A stretch of DNA of 56,744 nt from a virus (Duplodnaviria; Caudoviricetes). Positions 38,467 through 48,488 of the stretch are shown here, one piece after another. The stretch is taken from the IMG/VR virus record IMGVR_UViG_3300020381_001070, positions 1 through 56,744 of that record; one strand, written 5' to 3'. The notes under the pieces are model-generated. The model did not search any database, had not been told where the DNA came from, and worked only from the letters and a program-made list of their open reading frames with translations. Position 1 is the first letter of the stretch. Each line of letters begins with the position of its first letter. A program made the translations under genes and the position numbers.

Positions 38467-39929
38467 CCCAATACATTCACACCATATTTTTTGGTAAATG
38501 CTTTACCATCATTTCTATCATTTACTATTGGCTGTCCCTTTATATTCAAACTGGTGTTTAAAAGTATAGGGCAACCTGTCTGTTTTTTCCATTCTGTCAG
38601 CAGTGCATGAAACCCTGGATTATCGCTTTTACGCACCGTTTGAACCCTACTTGTGTTATCGTAGTGTATTATGGCAGGAAAGTCTTTACCATGCGTACAC
38701 GCCGCTGTATATTGCATATAAGGGGTGTTTTTAACACCACTAGGTAGGGTAAAATAGTCGTTTACATCTTCTTCTAATATAGCTGGCGCAAAGGGTCTAA
38801 ACTTCTGCCTTTTCTTTATTCCATTTACCAAGTCTTTGATTTCTGGGCCACGTGGATCTGCTAATAATGATCTATTACCAAGTGCTCTTGGTCCAAATTC
38901 AGCTCTACCACTTGCAACTCCCACCATCTTATTTTCTTTCAATTCCTTTATTAAACTGTCTACTGGGTACTCGCCATCGATGTTATGACCTAAGAAAGGA
39001 TTCTTCCACTGTAAATGTTGTTTTTCGTTTGCGGCTATACAACCAATAGATGACCCTGCGTCACCAGGATTAGGAATAATCCATACATTATCAAATAAAT
39101 CAAGATTGGCAAGCACTCTATTGGCCGCACAGTTTAAAGCTACTCCGCCAGCATAGACTAAATTACGTGATCCATACTTACTGGCTCTTTGCCATAGTGA
39201 AGCCAAACATTCTTCTGTTACTGCCTGTATACTTGCGGCTATGTCCATTACATCTGCTTCCGGATGCCAATCACCTATTCCCTTGTGTAAATTTTTTTTA
39301 AGTTGAAATGGAGATTGTTCTACAAAGTCATTATAAATTTCATTTTTATATTTTGGTTTTCCATATGCAGCCATGCCCATTAAAATATATTCTTCTTCAG
39401 CAGGCTTGAGACCACATCGATGAGTAAATGCAGAATATAGTATTCCTATGCTATGCGGATACTTGATAGTTTCTTTTCTTTCTATCCATACTTTTTCCGC
39501 GGTTGAAATACTTACTGTATCCCATTCGCCAATTGCATCAACTGTCAATATTGTTGCTTCGTTAAACGGCGAAGTAAAATATCCTGCCGCGGCATGACTA
39601 TCATGATGCTTCACATATTCGTCAATCTTTATTCCAAAGTGTTCTAGATGCCAGCTTGGTAACTCAGTGTAACTAAAAGCGGTACCATATTGGCCTGCAT
39701 AAAATTGCCTAGTTTTTTTCAGCCAAGGTTTTTCATAGTACACAACTTTCTTAAACGGACCATATGTCATGGCCTCATTTACAATTGCTTGGTTCAGATA
39801 GTGATCATTTTTAATTTTAGAATATCTTTCGGCATGTGCGGCCCATAGTATTTTGCCTATTCCGTCCTTAATTTCTACCACTGCCATTGCGGCATCGTGA
39901 TTCATACAATTTATACCTAATATTCTCAT
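38463..39929 (-). CDS. Carbamoyltransferase (NodU/CmcH/TobZ family)
   Basis: HDAA; HHDSHAA; DAIGE; MGMAAYG; GGVALNC; GDAG; EFGPRALGNRS; FRPFAP; LNTSLN. Confidence 0.95.
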   Translation of the reverse strand: MRILGINCMNHDAAMAVVEIKDGIGKILWAAHAERYSKIKNDHYLNQAIVNEAMTYGPFKKVVYYEKPWLKKTRQFYAGQYGTAFSYTELPSWHLEHFGIKIDEYVKHHDSHAAAGYFTSPFNEATILTVDAIGEWDTVSISTAEKVWIERKETIKYPHSIGILYSAFTHRCGLKPAEEEYILMGMAAYGKPKYKNEIYNDFVEQSPFQLKKNLHKGIGDWHPEADVMDIAASIQAVTEECLASLWQRASKYGSRNLVYAGGVALNCAANRVLANLDLFDNVWIIPNPGDAGSSIGCIAANEKQHLQWKNPFLGHNIDGEYPVDSLIKELKENKMVGVASGRAEFGPRALGNRSLLADPRGPEIKDLVNGIKKRQKFRPFAPAILEEDVNDYFTLPSGVKNTPYMQYTAACTHGKDFPAIIHYDNTSRVQTVRKSDNPGFHALLTEWKKQTGCPILLNTSLNIKGQPIVNDRNDGKAFTKKYGVNVLG

Positions 39930-40258
39930 TTGCCAAATTCCCAACCTAAAACTAGGCCAATGTTTTCTTGTCCTTGGTATTTTTCATAGGCAGGTGAAAT
40001 AAAAAAATTATTTTTTTTGTATCTTATCATTGGTACTACCTTACTAGTCGTGTATCCATTAACTAATCCAATTTCTAAAAATCCAGAATTAACCTGTATA
40101 TGCTTTCCAATGTAAGCACTAAAATTATCTTCAGAATTATAGTAAACGCCTGCGATTGAATTTTTTACTGTGCATCTTGCGTGTGGATGTACTTGATTGT
40201 ATTCAGCTTCCAGACCAACGTGTAGTGATATTGCCAAAAACAGTCCTATACAGCTCAT
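39926..40258 (-). CDS. Small secreted or outer-membrane beta-strand protein
   Basis: Hydrophobic N-terminus; G.YYNS, Y.G alternating strands; ends GWEF. Confidence 0.45.
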   Translation of the reverse strand: MSCIGLFLAISLHVGLEAEYNQVHPHARCTVKNSIAGVYYNSEDNFSAYIGKHIQVNSGFLEIGLVNGYTTSKVVPMIRYKKNNFFISPAYEKYQGQENIGLVLGWEFGK

Positions 40259-40383
40259 ATTAATCTAATTTGTTTTAATTTGTAAGCTTGCACCTTTTTA
40301 TACCACATTAGTCTAAATTCTTGGTTTTCAGCATTTCTAAACGCTGTCATTAGATTCCATAACACTTTGTCTATTTCTTGCAT
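40255..40383 (-). CDS. 42-aa peptide missing from the ORF track
   Basis: MQEIDKVLWNLMTAFRNAENQEFRLMWYKKVQAYKLKQIRLI*; ATGA overlap with the next gene. Confidence 0.6.
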   Translation of the reverse strand: MQEIDKVLWNLMTAFRNAENQEFRLMWYKKVQAYKLKQIRLI

Positions 40384-40387
40384 AACT

Positions 40388-40492
40388 TTATTTGTAAATA
40401 AATGGATCTTTTTTCTTTAACTCTTTTAATCTTTTACGATAAGCTCTTTCCTGCTTAAATTTTTTGATTAAATTTTTTATCCAAGCGATCAT
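40388..40492 (-). CDS. 34-aa basic peptide ending DPFIYK, missing from the ORF track
   Basis: MIAWIKNLIKKFKQERAYRKRLKELKKKDPFIYK*; ATGA overlap, AGGAG SD. Confidence 0.7.
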   Translation of the reverse strand: MIAWIKNLIKKFKQERAYRKRLKELKKKDPFIYK

Positions 40493-41493
40493 CTTTTTCT
40501 CCTTAGGTTGGGGTTTAGTTGTTCAATTAGTCCAATATCAGATTCTAGTTGCTTAACCATTTTTTTGAAAGAATTAGTTCTTTGTAAACTATCATTAAGC
40601 TGTAATTTTAAATCTTGTATTTCCTTTTGTAATTTTGTCATTTGTTCCATATGTGTTTTTGGATTAATTGGATTTTTATCCATCTTAACTACTTTTATAT
40701 CATCATTATTAATTTCATTCCATTTGTCTTGCATCAAGTGTACAGCATCTTCATGTGCTTTGTCTAGAGGGTGCGTTGTAGCTCTTTGATATTCATTTAA
40801 CCAAGCCCACTGGTTAAAGCCCATCATCCTTTCGCCAAAACTAAACCAATTGGTAAAATCAAATTCATTATAAAGTTTAGTCATAAATTTGTCTTGATCT
40901 TTTTTATGATGTAAGTCGTTATAAAACAATGTGTTATCTGCAAGTGTAAAAAAATACGGAATTTTGTAATACTTTAGAATATTTTGTAACCAAATTATGG
41001 ACTTCCAACTTAGATATGTTTCATGGTAATCATTTGCCGCATACTTGTATAGGCTTTCTGCAAATGGTTTTACATTTGCTTTTTTGGCATCATTAGTTTG
41101 CCTTGCCCAATCGTCAATCTGATGCTCGGATCCTTGTAGTTTTTTGTACACTTCACCCTTCATTGCTGATGTGCTCCATGGAGATATAGACGCCCACCTT
41201 GTATCTTCTAAGACTTTGTGCCGTGGCATAGCCCAATCATATCGTGATGTAAAAGTCCACATCACAGCCACTCTTATGGTATGTGGTTTATGATTCATTA
41301 TTTCATTGAAAACTCTGCGGGCGATAGCACTGTTTCCAATACCTCCTTTAGCTGTGCATATATAATCATCCCATCCTGGCTTAATTTTATAAGCCCATGA
41401 TTTTTTTGATGGGGTTTTTCCGTCCACATCGTCACTTAATTCATTTCCTAATGTGAAACTACAGCCACCAGTGATTAAAGTTTTTTTATCCAT
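40489..41493 (-). CDS. SGNH-like hydrolase/acyltransferase with C-terminal coiled coil
   Basis: GCSFT.G; A.GG.GN..I.R; V.WT...R; THP...AH. Confidence 0.6.
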   Translation of the reverse strand: MDKKTLITGGCSFTLGNELSDDVDGKTPSKKSWAYKIKPGWDDYICTAKGGIGNSAIARRVFNEIMNHKPHTIRVAVMWTFTSRYDWAMPRHKVLEDTRWASISPWSTSAMKGEVYKKLQGSEHQIDDWARQTNDAKKANVKPFAESLYKYAANDYHETYLSWKSIIWLQNILKYYKIPYFFTLADNTLFYNDLHHKKDQDKFMTKLYNEFDFTNWFSFGERMMGFNQWAWLNEYQRATTHPLDKAHEDAVHLMQDKWNEINNDDIKVVKMDKNPINPKTHMEQMTKLQKEIQDLKLQLNDSLQRTNSFKKMVKQLESDIGLIEQLNPNLRRKR

Positions 41494-42652
41494 ATATCTC
41501 CAACACATTATTTAAAAGTGGAAAAACTTGACCAAAATTTTCTTTCCTATAATTATCAGTTTGTAGGATTCTACGTTTTCTTTCATTTCTTATATCTGTT
41601 GAATCTCTATCAGCTGAATTCATATATCTAAGCGTGCCTGAAAAATCTTTTAAAGTATTGTATCTACTGTTCACAATATTTTTAATTTGCTTAGGCAAAG
41701 TTTGAATGTTAAAAACTTCTGGTTCAAAACAGGTGTTTACATAAAAAAATTTTGGGCAAAATTGTCTTACCCATAAATTTAATTTTGCCAAACTAAAAAT
41801 ATTAAAAATATTAATTGTTGAACAAATTTGAAATTCCATGTTATCTGGCTGATAAATTTTAAATTGATTAAGATTATAATTTACTTCTTTCCAATTTGCG
41901 CCGTATCTTTGATATTCAAACTGTTCGCCAACATCGTCAATACTGAATGCAATCTCAACACGTTTAAAATGACGCCATAAATCAAAAATTTCTCTTGATG
42001 GTAATTGTGTACCATTAGTGTTATAATGTATATCTTGCGAACTAGCGTAACCTTTCTCCACGCAATATTCTAAAATTTTAAAATGATTTTTTATCATAAA
42101 TGGTTCGCCGCCTGTAAATTCAAAATATTTTGCATCTGCTAAATCATCCTTTACATCCTCGAAAAATTTAGGGTGTTTTTTTGGCCAACCGCCCTCTTTT
42201 AAATTTTTGCGTGCAACTGGGTTATCACCATAGTCAAGCTCTTCTTGTGCCCATTTGGAAGAACTCCAAGATCCGCATATGCGACATTTTAAATTACATA
42301 CATTGCCTAACTTAAAATCAATAAATTGTAAAGTTGGCTCGCTGTAAGGAGTCCAATTTTCTAATGTCTTACGCATTTTGTATATAGAATTCATGCGTTT
42401 AGATGTTTTGCCGGCATCTTCTTCTGCCCAACAATTTGAACATTCAGTCGGTCTTTGTCCGGCTCTAAATTTAGCTCGTAAGTTTTCCATATAAGGATTC
42501 TTTTGAATTTGCCGCAATCCTGTTTCATATACTTTAACATTAGGTACATTGCCTTTATATAAACAACAAGGCGATGCCCCGCCATTTACATCTATTTCTA
42601 GATGTGTCCAAGGTAAAGGACAAATATTAGATTTTATATATTTTTCCACCAA
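41486..42652 (-). CDS. Radical SAM enzyme with N-terminal Twitch/SPASM-like cluster
   Basis: CPLPW..PCC..CSNC; CNLKCRIC; TGGEP; YNTNG. Confidence 0.9.
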   Translation of the reverse strand: MVEKYIKSNICPLPWTHLEIDVNGGASPCCLYKGNVPNVKVYETGLRQIQKNPYMENLRAKFRAGQRPTECSNCWAEEDAGKTSKRMNSIYKMRKTLENWTPYSEPTLQFIDFKLGNVCNLKCRICGSWSSSKWAQEELDYGDNPVARKNLKEGGWPKKHPKFFEDVKDDLADAKYFEFTGGEPFMIKNHFKILEYCVEKGYASSQDIHYNTNGTQLPSREIFDLWRHFKRVEIAFSIDDVGEQFEYQRYGANWKEVNYNLNQFKIYQPDNMEFQICSTINIFNIFSLAKLNLWVRQFCPKFFYVNTCFEPEVFNIQTLPKQIKNIVNSRYNTLKDFSGTLRYMNSADRDSTDIRNERKRRILQTDNYRKENFGQVFPLLNNVLEIYG

Positions 42653-43917
42653 TCCAGTATCCTTTTGTCTTTGCTTAAAATTTTTGTAATATCTTGTTTC
42701 CTAATTTTATCTAAATACATTTGTCTTAATTTTCCTCTTTTTGTAGGAGTAAAAGTTTCTCTAGTTTTTAAGTTTTTAATTACTTCTATTAACGCTCTCT
42801 GCTTTGTTGTAGCACGTGGTTCCATATACTCCAATGATTCATCAATAATTGTATGCAGTAATTTTTTAGGCAAAGCTAATGGACTTAGTATTTCATCATT
42901 ACTAAAAGTGAACATTACTTTTGTAAGAACTTCTGTGTTAAGTTCTTGGCTTAAATCAAACATATTTTTAATTTCCAATAATCCAGGCATTGTAATTGTA
43001 TAATCTAATCTCATCTGTCTTGGATTTGTAGACACAGATAATCCTTCTTTAAAATTTCGTAACCATTGTGTGTAATCCAATCCATCTCTTATGTATTCCG
43101 CAACCTCGCCTGTGCCATCCATCGATGCACAAACTTGCCAATCATTGAAGTAGCTTAGTAAATCAAATAAATTAGATTTTTGGAAAGATGTCCTGCTTAA
43201 ATTTGTATTGTATCTTACATATACTTCATCTGCAAAACCTAGCTCGATTATCCTTTCCATTGCTTTCCAATGCATATCCCACATTAACGGCTCTCCTCCG
43301 CACCAATATATTTCACGGACCTGTTTTGTTTCAATAGCATCTACAAATTCTTCAACCACTTGTTTGTCTTGAAATGTTTTAATTTGTTCTCGTAGTGGTG
43401 AGGCCATCCAAGGTTGTGATTCTTTGCTCCAAGTTTTATGTTTTCGAGATTCTGCTTCCCAACTTGAACTCAGCATATCTCCACACATTCTACATTTAAA
43501 ATTACAAAGATTGTTAAACCTATAATCAAAACTTATAGTAGGCATTGTGGTTGCACCCGTGAGATCTGTTTTTTCAAAAGCTTCGTCTATCCTGTTCGAA
43601 AATAATTTATTCCAATATGATCGGTAAACATCTGTGTTTAAAAGTTTATGATCACATACCTCACACTCTGGCAACTTTTCGCCTGCTAACATTCGTAATC
43701 TTACTGATTTCATATGAGGAGAATTCCAATGTTCTTGCAATGTCATAGGTTTATATTTTTTAGCATTATTATCTGTGTCAATGTATTGCTTAAAACTTTG
43801 GGCAGGTTCTCTTGATGCACAGCACATACGTCTCTCTGTCTGTGGAGAAAGATATGTGTGTGTCCATGGAGCCATACAAAAAGTTTTGTTGCCCTCATTT
43901 GGTTTAATTTTTTTCAT
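42634..43917 (-). CDS. Radical SAM enzyme with N-terminal Twitch/SPASM-like cluster
   Basis: FCMAPW..MCC..CEVC; CNFKCRMC; GGEP; YNTN; start set at MKKIKP (GAGG SD). Confidence 0.9.
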   Translation of the reverse strand: MKKIKPNEGNKTFCMAPWTHTYLSPQTERRMCCASREPAQSFKQYIDTDNNAKKYKPMTLQEHWNSPHMKSVRLRMLAGEKLPECEVCDHKLLNTDVYRSYWNKLFSNRIDEAFEKTDLTGATTMPTISFDYRFNNLCNFKCRMCGDMLSSSWEAESRKHKTWSKESQPWMASPLREQIKTFQDKQVVEEFVDAIETKQVREIYWCGGEPLMWDMHWKAMERIIELGFADEVYVRYNTNLSRTSFQKSNLFDLLSYFNDWQVCASMDGTGEVAEYIRDGLDYTQWLRNFKEGLSVSTNPRQMRLDYTITMPGLLEIKNMFDLSQELNTEVLTKVMFTFSNDEILSPLALPKKLLHTIIDESLEYMEPRATTKQRALIEVIKNLKTRETFTPTKRGKLRQMYLDKIRKQDITKILSKDKRILDWWKNI

Positions 43918-45196
43918 ATTCCTCAAATAATTGTTTCCATTCCGGAAACACATCAGTAAAATTTTCATTTCTAATTTTGTCGTATTTTCTAGTTTCCTCA
44001 ACAAATGTTGGCATATGGCGAGACATATCTTTTTTGTTCATCCAGTCTAGTGCTGATACAAATCCTTTTGTTGCACGTGTCAAATGATCCTTTGCTTTTA
44101 ACCATTTCATATGCTCTTCATATTTTTCTGTCACTTTATTTTTATATTTTTGCGGTAGTAAATCCATACGTTGCCATAACGGATATTGTAATAGGTTAAA
44201 GTTAAAATCCTGTGGCTTTATTAATTCTTGTTCTACCCAACTTTTATGAAAATCAGGCACGTGTAGGGCATTAGACAAGCCTACAGTTGAACTAATATAA
44301 AAATCAACTTGCGGACAAACTTCAAGCATACGTTTTCTATTTGCCACTGTCTCTTCCCATACTGTGCCTTTACGCATTAATTCTGCTCGCGATCCTTCTG
44401 CATCTAAACTTGCTCCGATTGAAACAGAATCAAATTTGTTCCATAGTTCAAATATGTCTGTCCCTTTGAATTTTGATTTACTAAAGTTTGTATTATAAAT
44501 TAATCTTACGTGATACATTTTTCTTTTATCTAATTCTTTTAAAATTCGTAAGTGTTCTTCCATAATAATTGGTTCCCCGCCAGCAAAATAAAACTGTTCA
44601 ACATGATCAAACTGTTTCAACAGTTGTTCCCATATATCATTACTATCTCTACCCGCTTTCATTATTTTTGCATGATTGGGCGGTGCACCTGTAAGTTTTT
44701 TATGATCTTCATACCAATTTGAACTAAACCAAGTGCCACAACTTCTGCAAGCCATATTACACAAGTTAGAAAAACGTATGTCCCAATACTTTATTATAAA
44801 GTCGGCTGTGCCGTCAGGCTTTGTAGATTCGGTCATGTTTATGTTATGTCCAAAATGCTTATTGGAACTTAAACGTAGGGAAAAGAAACCAGAATCTTCT
44901 TGATCATAACATTTGAAACATTCTCTAGACTTTTTATTATTCAGCATATTAAGGCGTATCTGTTTCATTTTTGGTCCATTGAATACTTCCTCCATAGAAT
45001 CTTTATTCACATTACCAACTGGCAATTTATCTAATGCAAAACAACAGGGATAAGCCCTACCATCTGGAAATGCATGCAGATGCATCCAGGGTAACATGCA
45101 AAACGACTTACTATCAATTAATAACTCCTTTTCCCTAGGCGTCATATCCTTAATCTTTAATTTTTCAGGCTCTTTGGCCCCGTACTCATATGCCAC
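43904..45196 (-). CDS. Radical SAM enzyme with N-terminal Twitch/SPASM-like cluster
   Basis: FCMLPW..PCC..CFKC; CNMACRSC; AGGEP; YNTN. Confidence 0.9.
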   Translation of the reverse strand: MAYEYGAKEPEKLKIKDMTPREKELLIDSKSFCMLPWMHLHAFPDGRAYPCCFALDKLPVGNVNKDSMEEVFNGPKMKQIRLNMLNNKKSRECFKCYDQEDSGFFSLRLSSNKHFGHNINMTESTKPDGTADFIIKYWDIRFSNLCNMACRSCGTWFSSNWYEDHKKLTGAPPNHAKIMKAGRDSNDIWEQLLKQFDHVEQFYFAGGEPIIMEEHLRILKELDKRKMYHVRLIYNTNFSKSKFKGTDIFELWNKFDSVSIGASLDAEGSRAELMRKGTVWEETVANRKRMLEVCPQVDFYISSTVGLSNALHVPDFHKSWVEQELIKPQDFNFNLLQYPLWQRMDLLPQKYKNKVTEKYEEHMKWLKAKDHLTRATKGFVSALDWMNKKDMSRHMPTFVEETRKYDKIRNENFTDVFPEWKQLFEEYEKN

Positions 45197-46532
45197 GATA
45201 CCATTCTCCTATTATTGGAAAAGTCTTTTCAAAGTCTTTATCTCTACGTTTATCATATTGACTGTAAAATGTTTTAAAATCTTTTTGAAGTTTAGTTTGT
45301 TCTGCCGCACCGGCATGTGGAGTTTTAACAACGTCTAAATAATCTATCAATCTTTGTGTGTGATTTATTTCCATTTCTTCCAACCATTTCTTATTATTAA
45401 TTAAGAACTTTTCAATATCTCCTTTAAATTTATTTCTTAGATCATCTGGCAAAATTAATGGAGATTGGAAACTAGGAAAGCGTAAAATATTAAGCGTGAA
45501 ATTCAAAGGCGTCTTATATACACGATTTGTACAGTCTTTCAAGTAAACTAAAGTTTCTAAAAACTCAGATAGAGATTCTAAACATAATGCGTTAATTGTA
45601 CACATGTTATGAATTTGCATTGGAACCTTATGGACCATGAAGTCAATAATATTTTTGTACCATTCAATATAATCTAAACCATCCCTAATATATTCTGCCT
45701 GTTTAAAAGTTGCTTCATTTGAAGTATACAATTCAAATCTATCAAAATTTTTTAATTTATCTTTAAACTTGTTCATAACTTTATCATTTGCACATAAGTT
45801 TGAATTAATTGCTAGTCGCATATTAGGATTCATTTTGTCTCCTTGCGTTTCTATCCAGTCTAATAATCTCCATAAATTAGGAGACATCATAGGTTCTCCA
45901 CCTGTAATTCTAAGTTCATCTAAACTTTTGTGTAGATCAGTTTCCCACCATTTGTAAAATGCTTCAACATAAGGATTAGTTTCGTCTTTCTTATATGGTT
46001 CAGCAGATTCGTGACTATGAGTGAAGTGATTACGTCCATCTGAGGTAAGTCCTACATATGGGCCTTTTTGTTTTATATCGTTTGCCCATGTCGTGCTAAA
46101 AGCTGGATTGCAATACGAGCAAGCAAATTGACAAGTTCTATCAAAAGCAATCTCTAAAGTTTTCAAATTCCAATTGGCGTTTGGATCTGACTTAAATGCA
46201 TCATCTAACGCATTGTTTGAGAATATTTTAGATTTATACACTCGATCACTAATTGCATCACGTCCAATATCTTCAATTTTCCAACAATACTCACAACCGG
46301 AAGGCCTTTCACCACATTGCATTTGTCTACGTTGTTCTTTTTTTTGAACTGTGTTGTGTATTGCACTGGGATTTGTTTTAATTTCTTCCAGATCAATCTT
46401 GTGGGGTAACGGATGGTGACAACTAGTAGTCATGCCACTACCTAACCATATTGTAGCATTGTACCATTTTGCTCCACAAAAACTGGCAGACTTTGTATCT
46501 AGTATTTGTTTCTTATAATCTAATTCGTTCAT
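45186..46532 (-). CDS. Radical SAM enzyme with N-terminal Cys/His cluster
   Basis: FCGAKW..SCHHP..CEYCW; CQFACSYC; TGGEP. Confidence 0.9.
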   Translation of the reverse strand: MNELDYKKQILDTKSASFCGAKWYNATIWLGSGMTTSCHHPLPHKIDLEEIKTNPSAIHNTVQKKEQRRQMQCGERPSGCEYCWKIEDIGRDAISDRVYKSKIFSNNALDDAFKSDPNANWNLKTLEIAFDRTCQFACSYCNPAFSTTWANDIKQKGPYVGLTSDGRNHFTHSHESAEPYKKDETNPYVEAFYKWWETDLHKSLDELRITGGEPMMSPNLWRLLDWIETQGDKMNPNMRLAINSNLCANDKVMNKFKDKLKNFDRFELYTSNEATFKQAEYIRDGLDYIEWYKNIIDFMVHKVPMQIHNMCTINALCLESLSEFLETLVYLKDCTNRVYKTPLNFTLNILRFPSFQSPLILPDDLRNKFKGDIEKFLINNKKWLEEMEINHTQRLIDYLDVVKTPHAGAAEQTKLQKDFKTFYSQYDKRRDKDFEKTFPIIGEWYRGI

Positions 46533-47121
46533 AAACTTTATCTGCCCATTGTTTGTTTTGTTCCACAGTCATATGATTTATTGTGCCAATTCCCCAGCCG
46601 TGTTTTTCACCTGCTGATTTACTGAATGTAAAGACACTTTCATCAATAAATTTACCAGAGGTCAATTTTATATTTGCATCTTTGCCTGCTGTTTCAAAAG
46701 GACGGAAACTCCACATCTGCACAATTTGTTTGTTTATTTTGGACAATACGTTTTGATCGTAGTGTTTTAAAGAATATTCATAGGCCATTTCGTCCTTGTC
46801 ATAGTTGTGCAGATACTTCCAGTAATAATCTAATGCCTTGTACACATTAGGATCAACCCCTTCTAGTGGCTCTGTGTTGGCACTTAATATTAAACTAGGA
46901 TGAAACAATCTATATGGTTCTGTCCAACAGAAAACACTATAATCTGGAACTATATTTTGTTTTATCCTTTGATTAAATTTAAAAAATGTTGTCCAAATAC
47001 TTCTGCCTGGCTCCCCCCAATTAACAACTTTGGCATTAAGTTTTGATGCCAACAACACACACCAACTTTCTGGTTCTCGACCTGCACAAAAACTATCTCC
47101 AAAATACCCTATTGTTTTCAT
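46513..47121 (-). CDS. SGNH-like hydrolase/acyltransferase
   Basis: FGDSF; N.G.PG.S; C.TEP.R; NH near the C-terminus. Confidence 0.65.
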   Translation of the reverse strand: MKTIGYFGDSFCAGREPESWCVLLASKLNAKVVNWGEPGRSIWTTFFKFNQRIKQNIVPDYSVFCWTEPYRLFHPSLILSANTEPLEGVDPNVYKALDYYWKYLHNYDKDEMAYEYSLKHYDQNVLSKINKQIVQMWSFRPFETAGKDANIKLTSGKFIDESVFTFSKSAGEKHGWGIGTINHMTVEQNKQWADKVYERIRL

Positions 47122-48488
47122 AAATTTTTACACTCCATCCAAAATTCTTCCATTTCAGGAAATACATTTAAAAAATTTGTACCACGTCTACGATCGTGTT
47201 CGTTGAAAAATGCGTAAAAGTTCTTCTTTAATTTCGTGCTAGCGTCAGCGTTTTTTTTCCAATACGCAAGATTGCGTAGCATTTTTTGGATTTCAAAGTC
47301 TTTAAATATGTGTAGTCCTTTGTCCTCTCCAGAATTTTGTTGCATGTAAGCTATGTTGTCTTTGTGAATTTCTTGATATGCTTCTGGAAGCATTGTAATC
47401 TGTTGCCATTCAGGCTGACGTAGCAAAGGTATATCAAACCATACTCTTTGATAAGTTTTGCTATGACGTTTTCTCAGCTCTAAGATGCCTTCTAGTAACT
47501 TACGCATGCTTACAACACTAAGGTTATTGTAAGTGATAATAAATGTCACACTGTTTCTTTGTGGTATACGCTCCAAAAATTCATCCACGTTGTCCCACAT
47601 ACGATTAAACTCCAACCCAAAACGTATGTATTCTGCTTGTTTTGCCCATGCATCCACACTCACAAACTGCATCACATGTTCAACCTTTTCTTGCATACAG
47701 ATAGTTTGCAACATGTTAAAGTATTTTGTTTTTAATTTGTTATTGGGTGGACACATGTTGCTGGTTATGTTCAAGTGTAAATCATCCTTGGGATGATCTA
47801 TTATGTATTGAAACACTTTGTAAGTGTTATTATCCATCATAGGCTCTCCGCCTGTCATACGAAAGTGCTTAAGATTTTTATACAGTGTTGGCCACCATTT
47901 CCAAAATGCTGTCACATAAGGATTGTCTTCGCGGTTTGGTATTGGACGTTGCTTGCCCATAAAGTGTTCAGGAGCATTATGAGGAGGTGTGGTTGGAAAC
48001 TCTCCATAACGCTCCGTCTCTTGTCCCCAGGTAGTGGAAAACTGTGGCGAACAGTAACTACACTTGAAATTACAAGCATGGTTAAAATTGACTTCCACGT
48101 ACCTGGGTGTCCAACTTGTGGTCATTGGATTCTGTTTGATTGCTTCAAAGTCCTGCATGGCCCATGGCTCACCACTACGATAATGTCTATCTGACATTTC
48201 GCCTGTGTCCTCCATCTTCCAACAGTAGGAACAGCCATCTGGCCGTTCACCTTGTAGCATCTTAAATCGTTGATCTAGTTTTTCCGAAGTATTGTGTAGT
48301 GCGGCAGGATTTGTTTTTACCGCTTCTGCATCTATTTTATGTAAAGGTGGATGATAACAACTGTTTGTCAAACCTGTAGGCAAATGTAGTGATACCTGAT
48401 TCCATTTGGCCAAACACATAGAAGGCGATACAGTGGCCAGTTTTGCTTTCGCAAGCTCGGCCTGTTGTTTATAATCACTGGTACTCAC
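47118..48488 (-). CDS. Radical SAM enzyme, close paralogue of 45186..46532
   Basis: CLAKW..SCYHP..CSYCW; CNFKCSYC; TGGEPMM; NPYV.AF.KWW. Confidence 0.9.
   Translation of the reverse strand: MSTSDYKQQAELAKAKLATVSPSMCLAKWNQVSLHLPTGLTNSCYHPPLHKIDAEAVKTNPAALHNTSEKLDQRFKMLQGERPDGCSYCWKMEDTGEMSDRHYRSGEPWAMQDFEAIKQNPMTTSWTPRYVEVNFNHACNFKCSYCSPQFSTTWGQETERYGEFPTTPPHNAPEHFMGKQRPIPNREDNPYVTAFWKWWPTLYKNLKHFRMTGGEPMMDNNTYKVFQYIIDHPKDDLHLNITSNMCPPNNKLKTKYFNMLQTICMQEKVEHVMQFVSVDAWAKQAEYIRFGLEFNRMWDNVDEFLERIPQRNSVTFIITYNNLSVVSMRKLLEGILELRKRHSKTYQRVWFDIPLLRQPEWQQITMLPEAYQEIHKDNIAYMQQNSGEDKGLHIFKDFEIQKMLRNLAYWKKNADASTKLKKNFYAFFNEHDRRRGTNFLNVFPEMEEFWMECKNL

Noticed and set aside
38463-41493. Saxitoxin biosynthesis by the phage
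   Set aside because: No SxtA PKS or other core sxt genes; the carbamoyltransferase/SGNH/PFIY module and amidinotransferase are generic families
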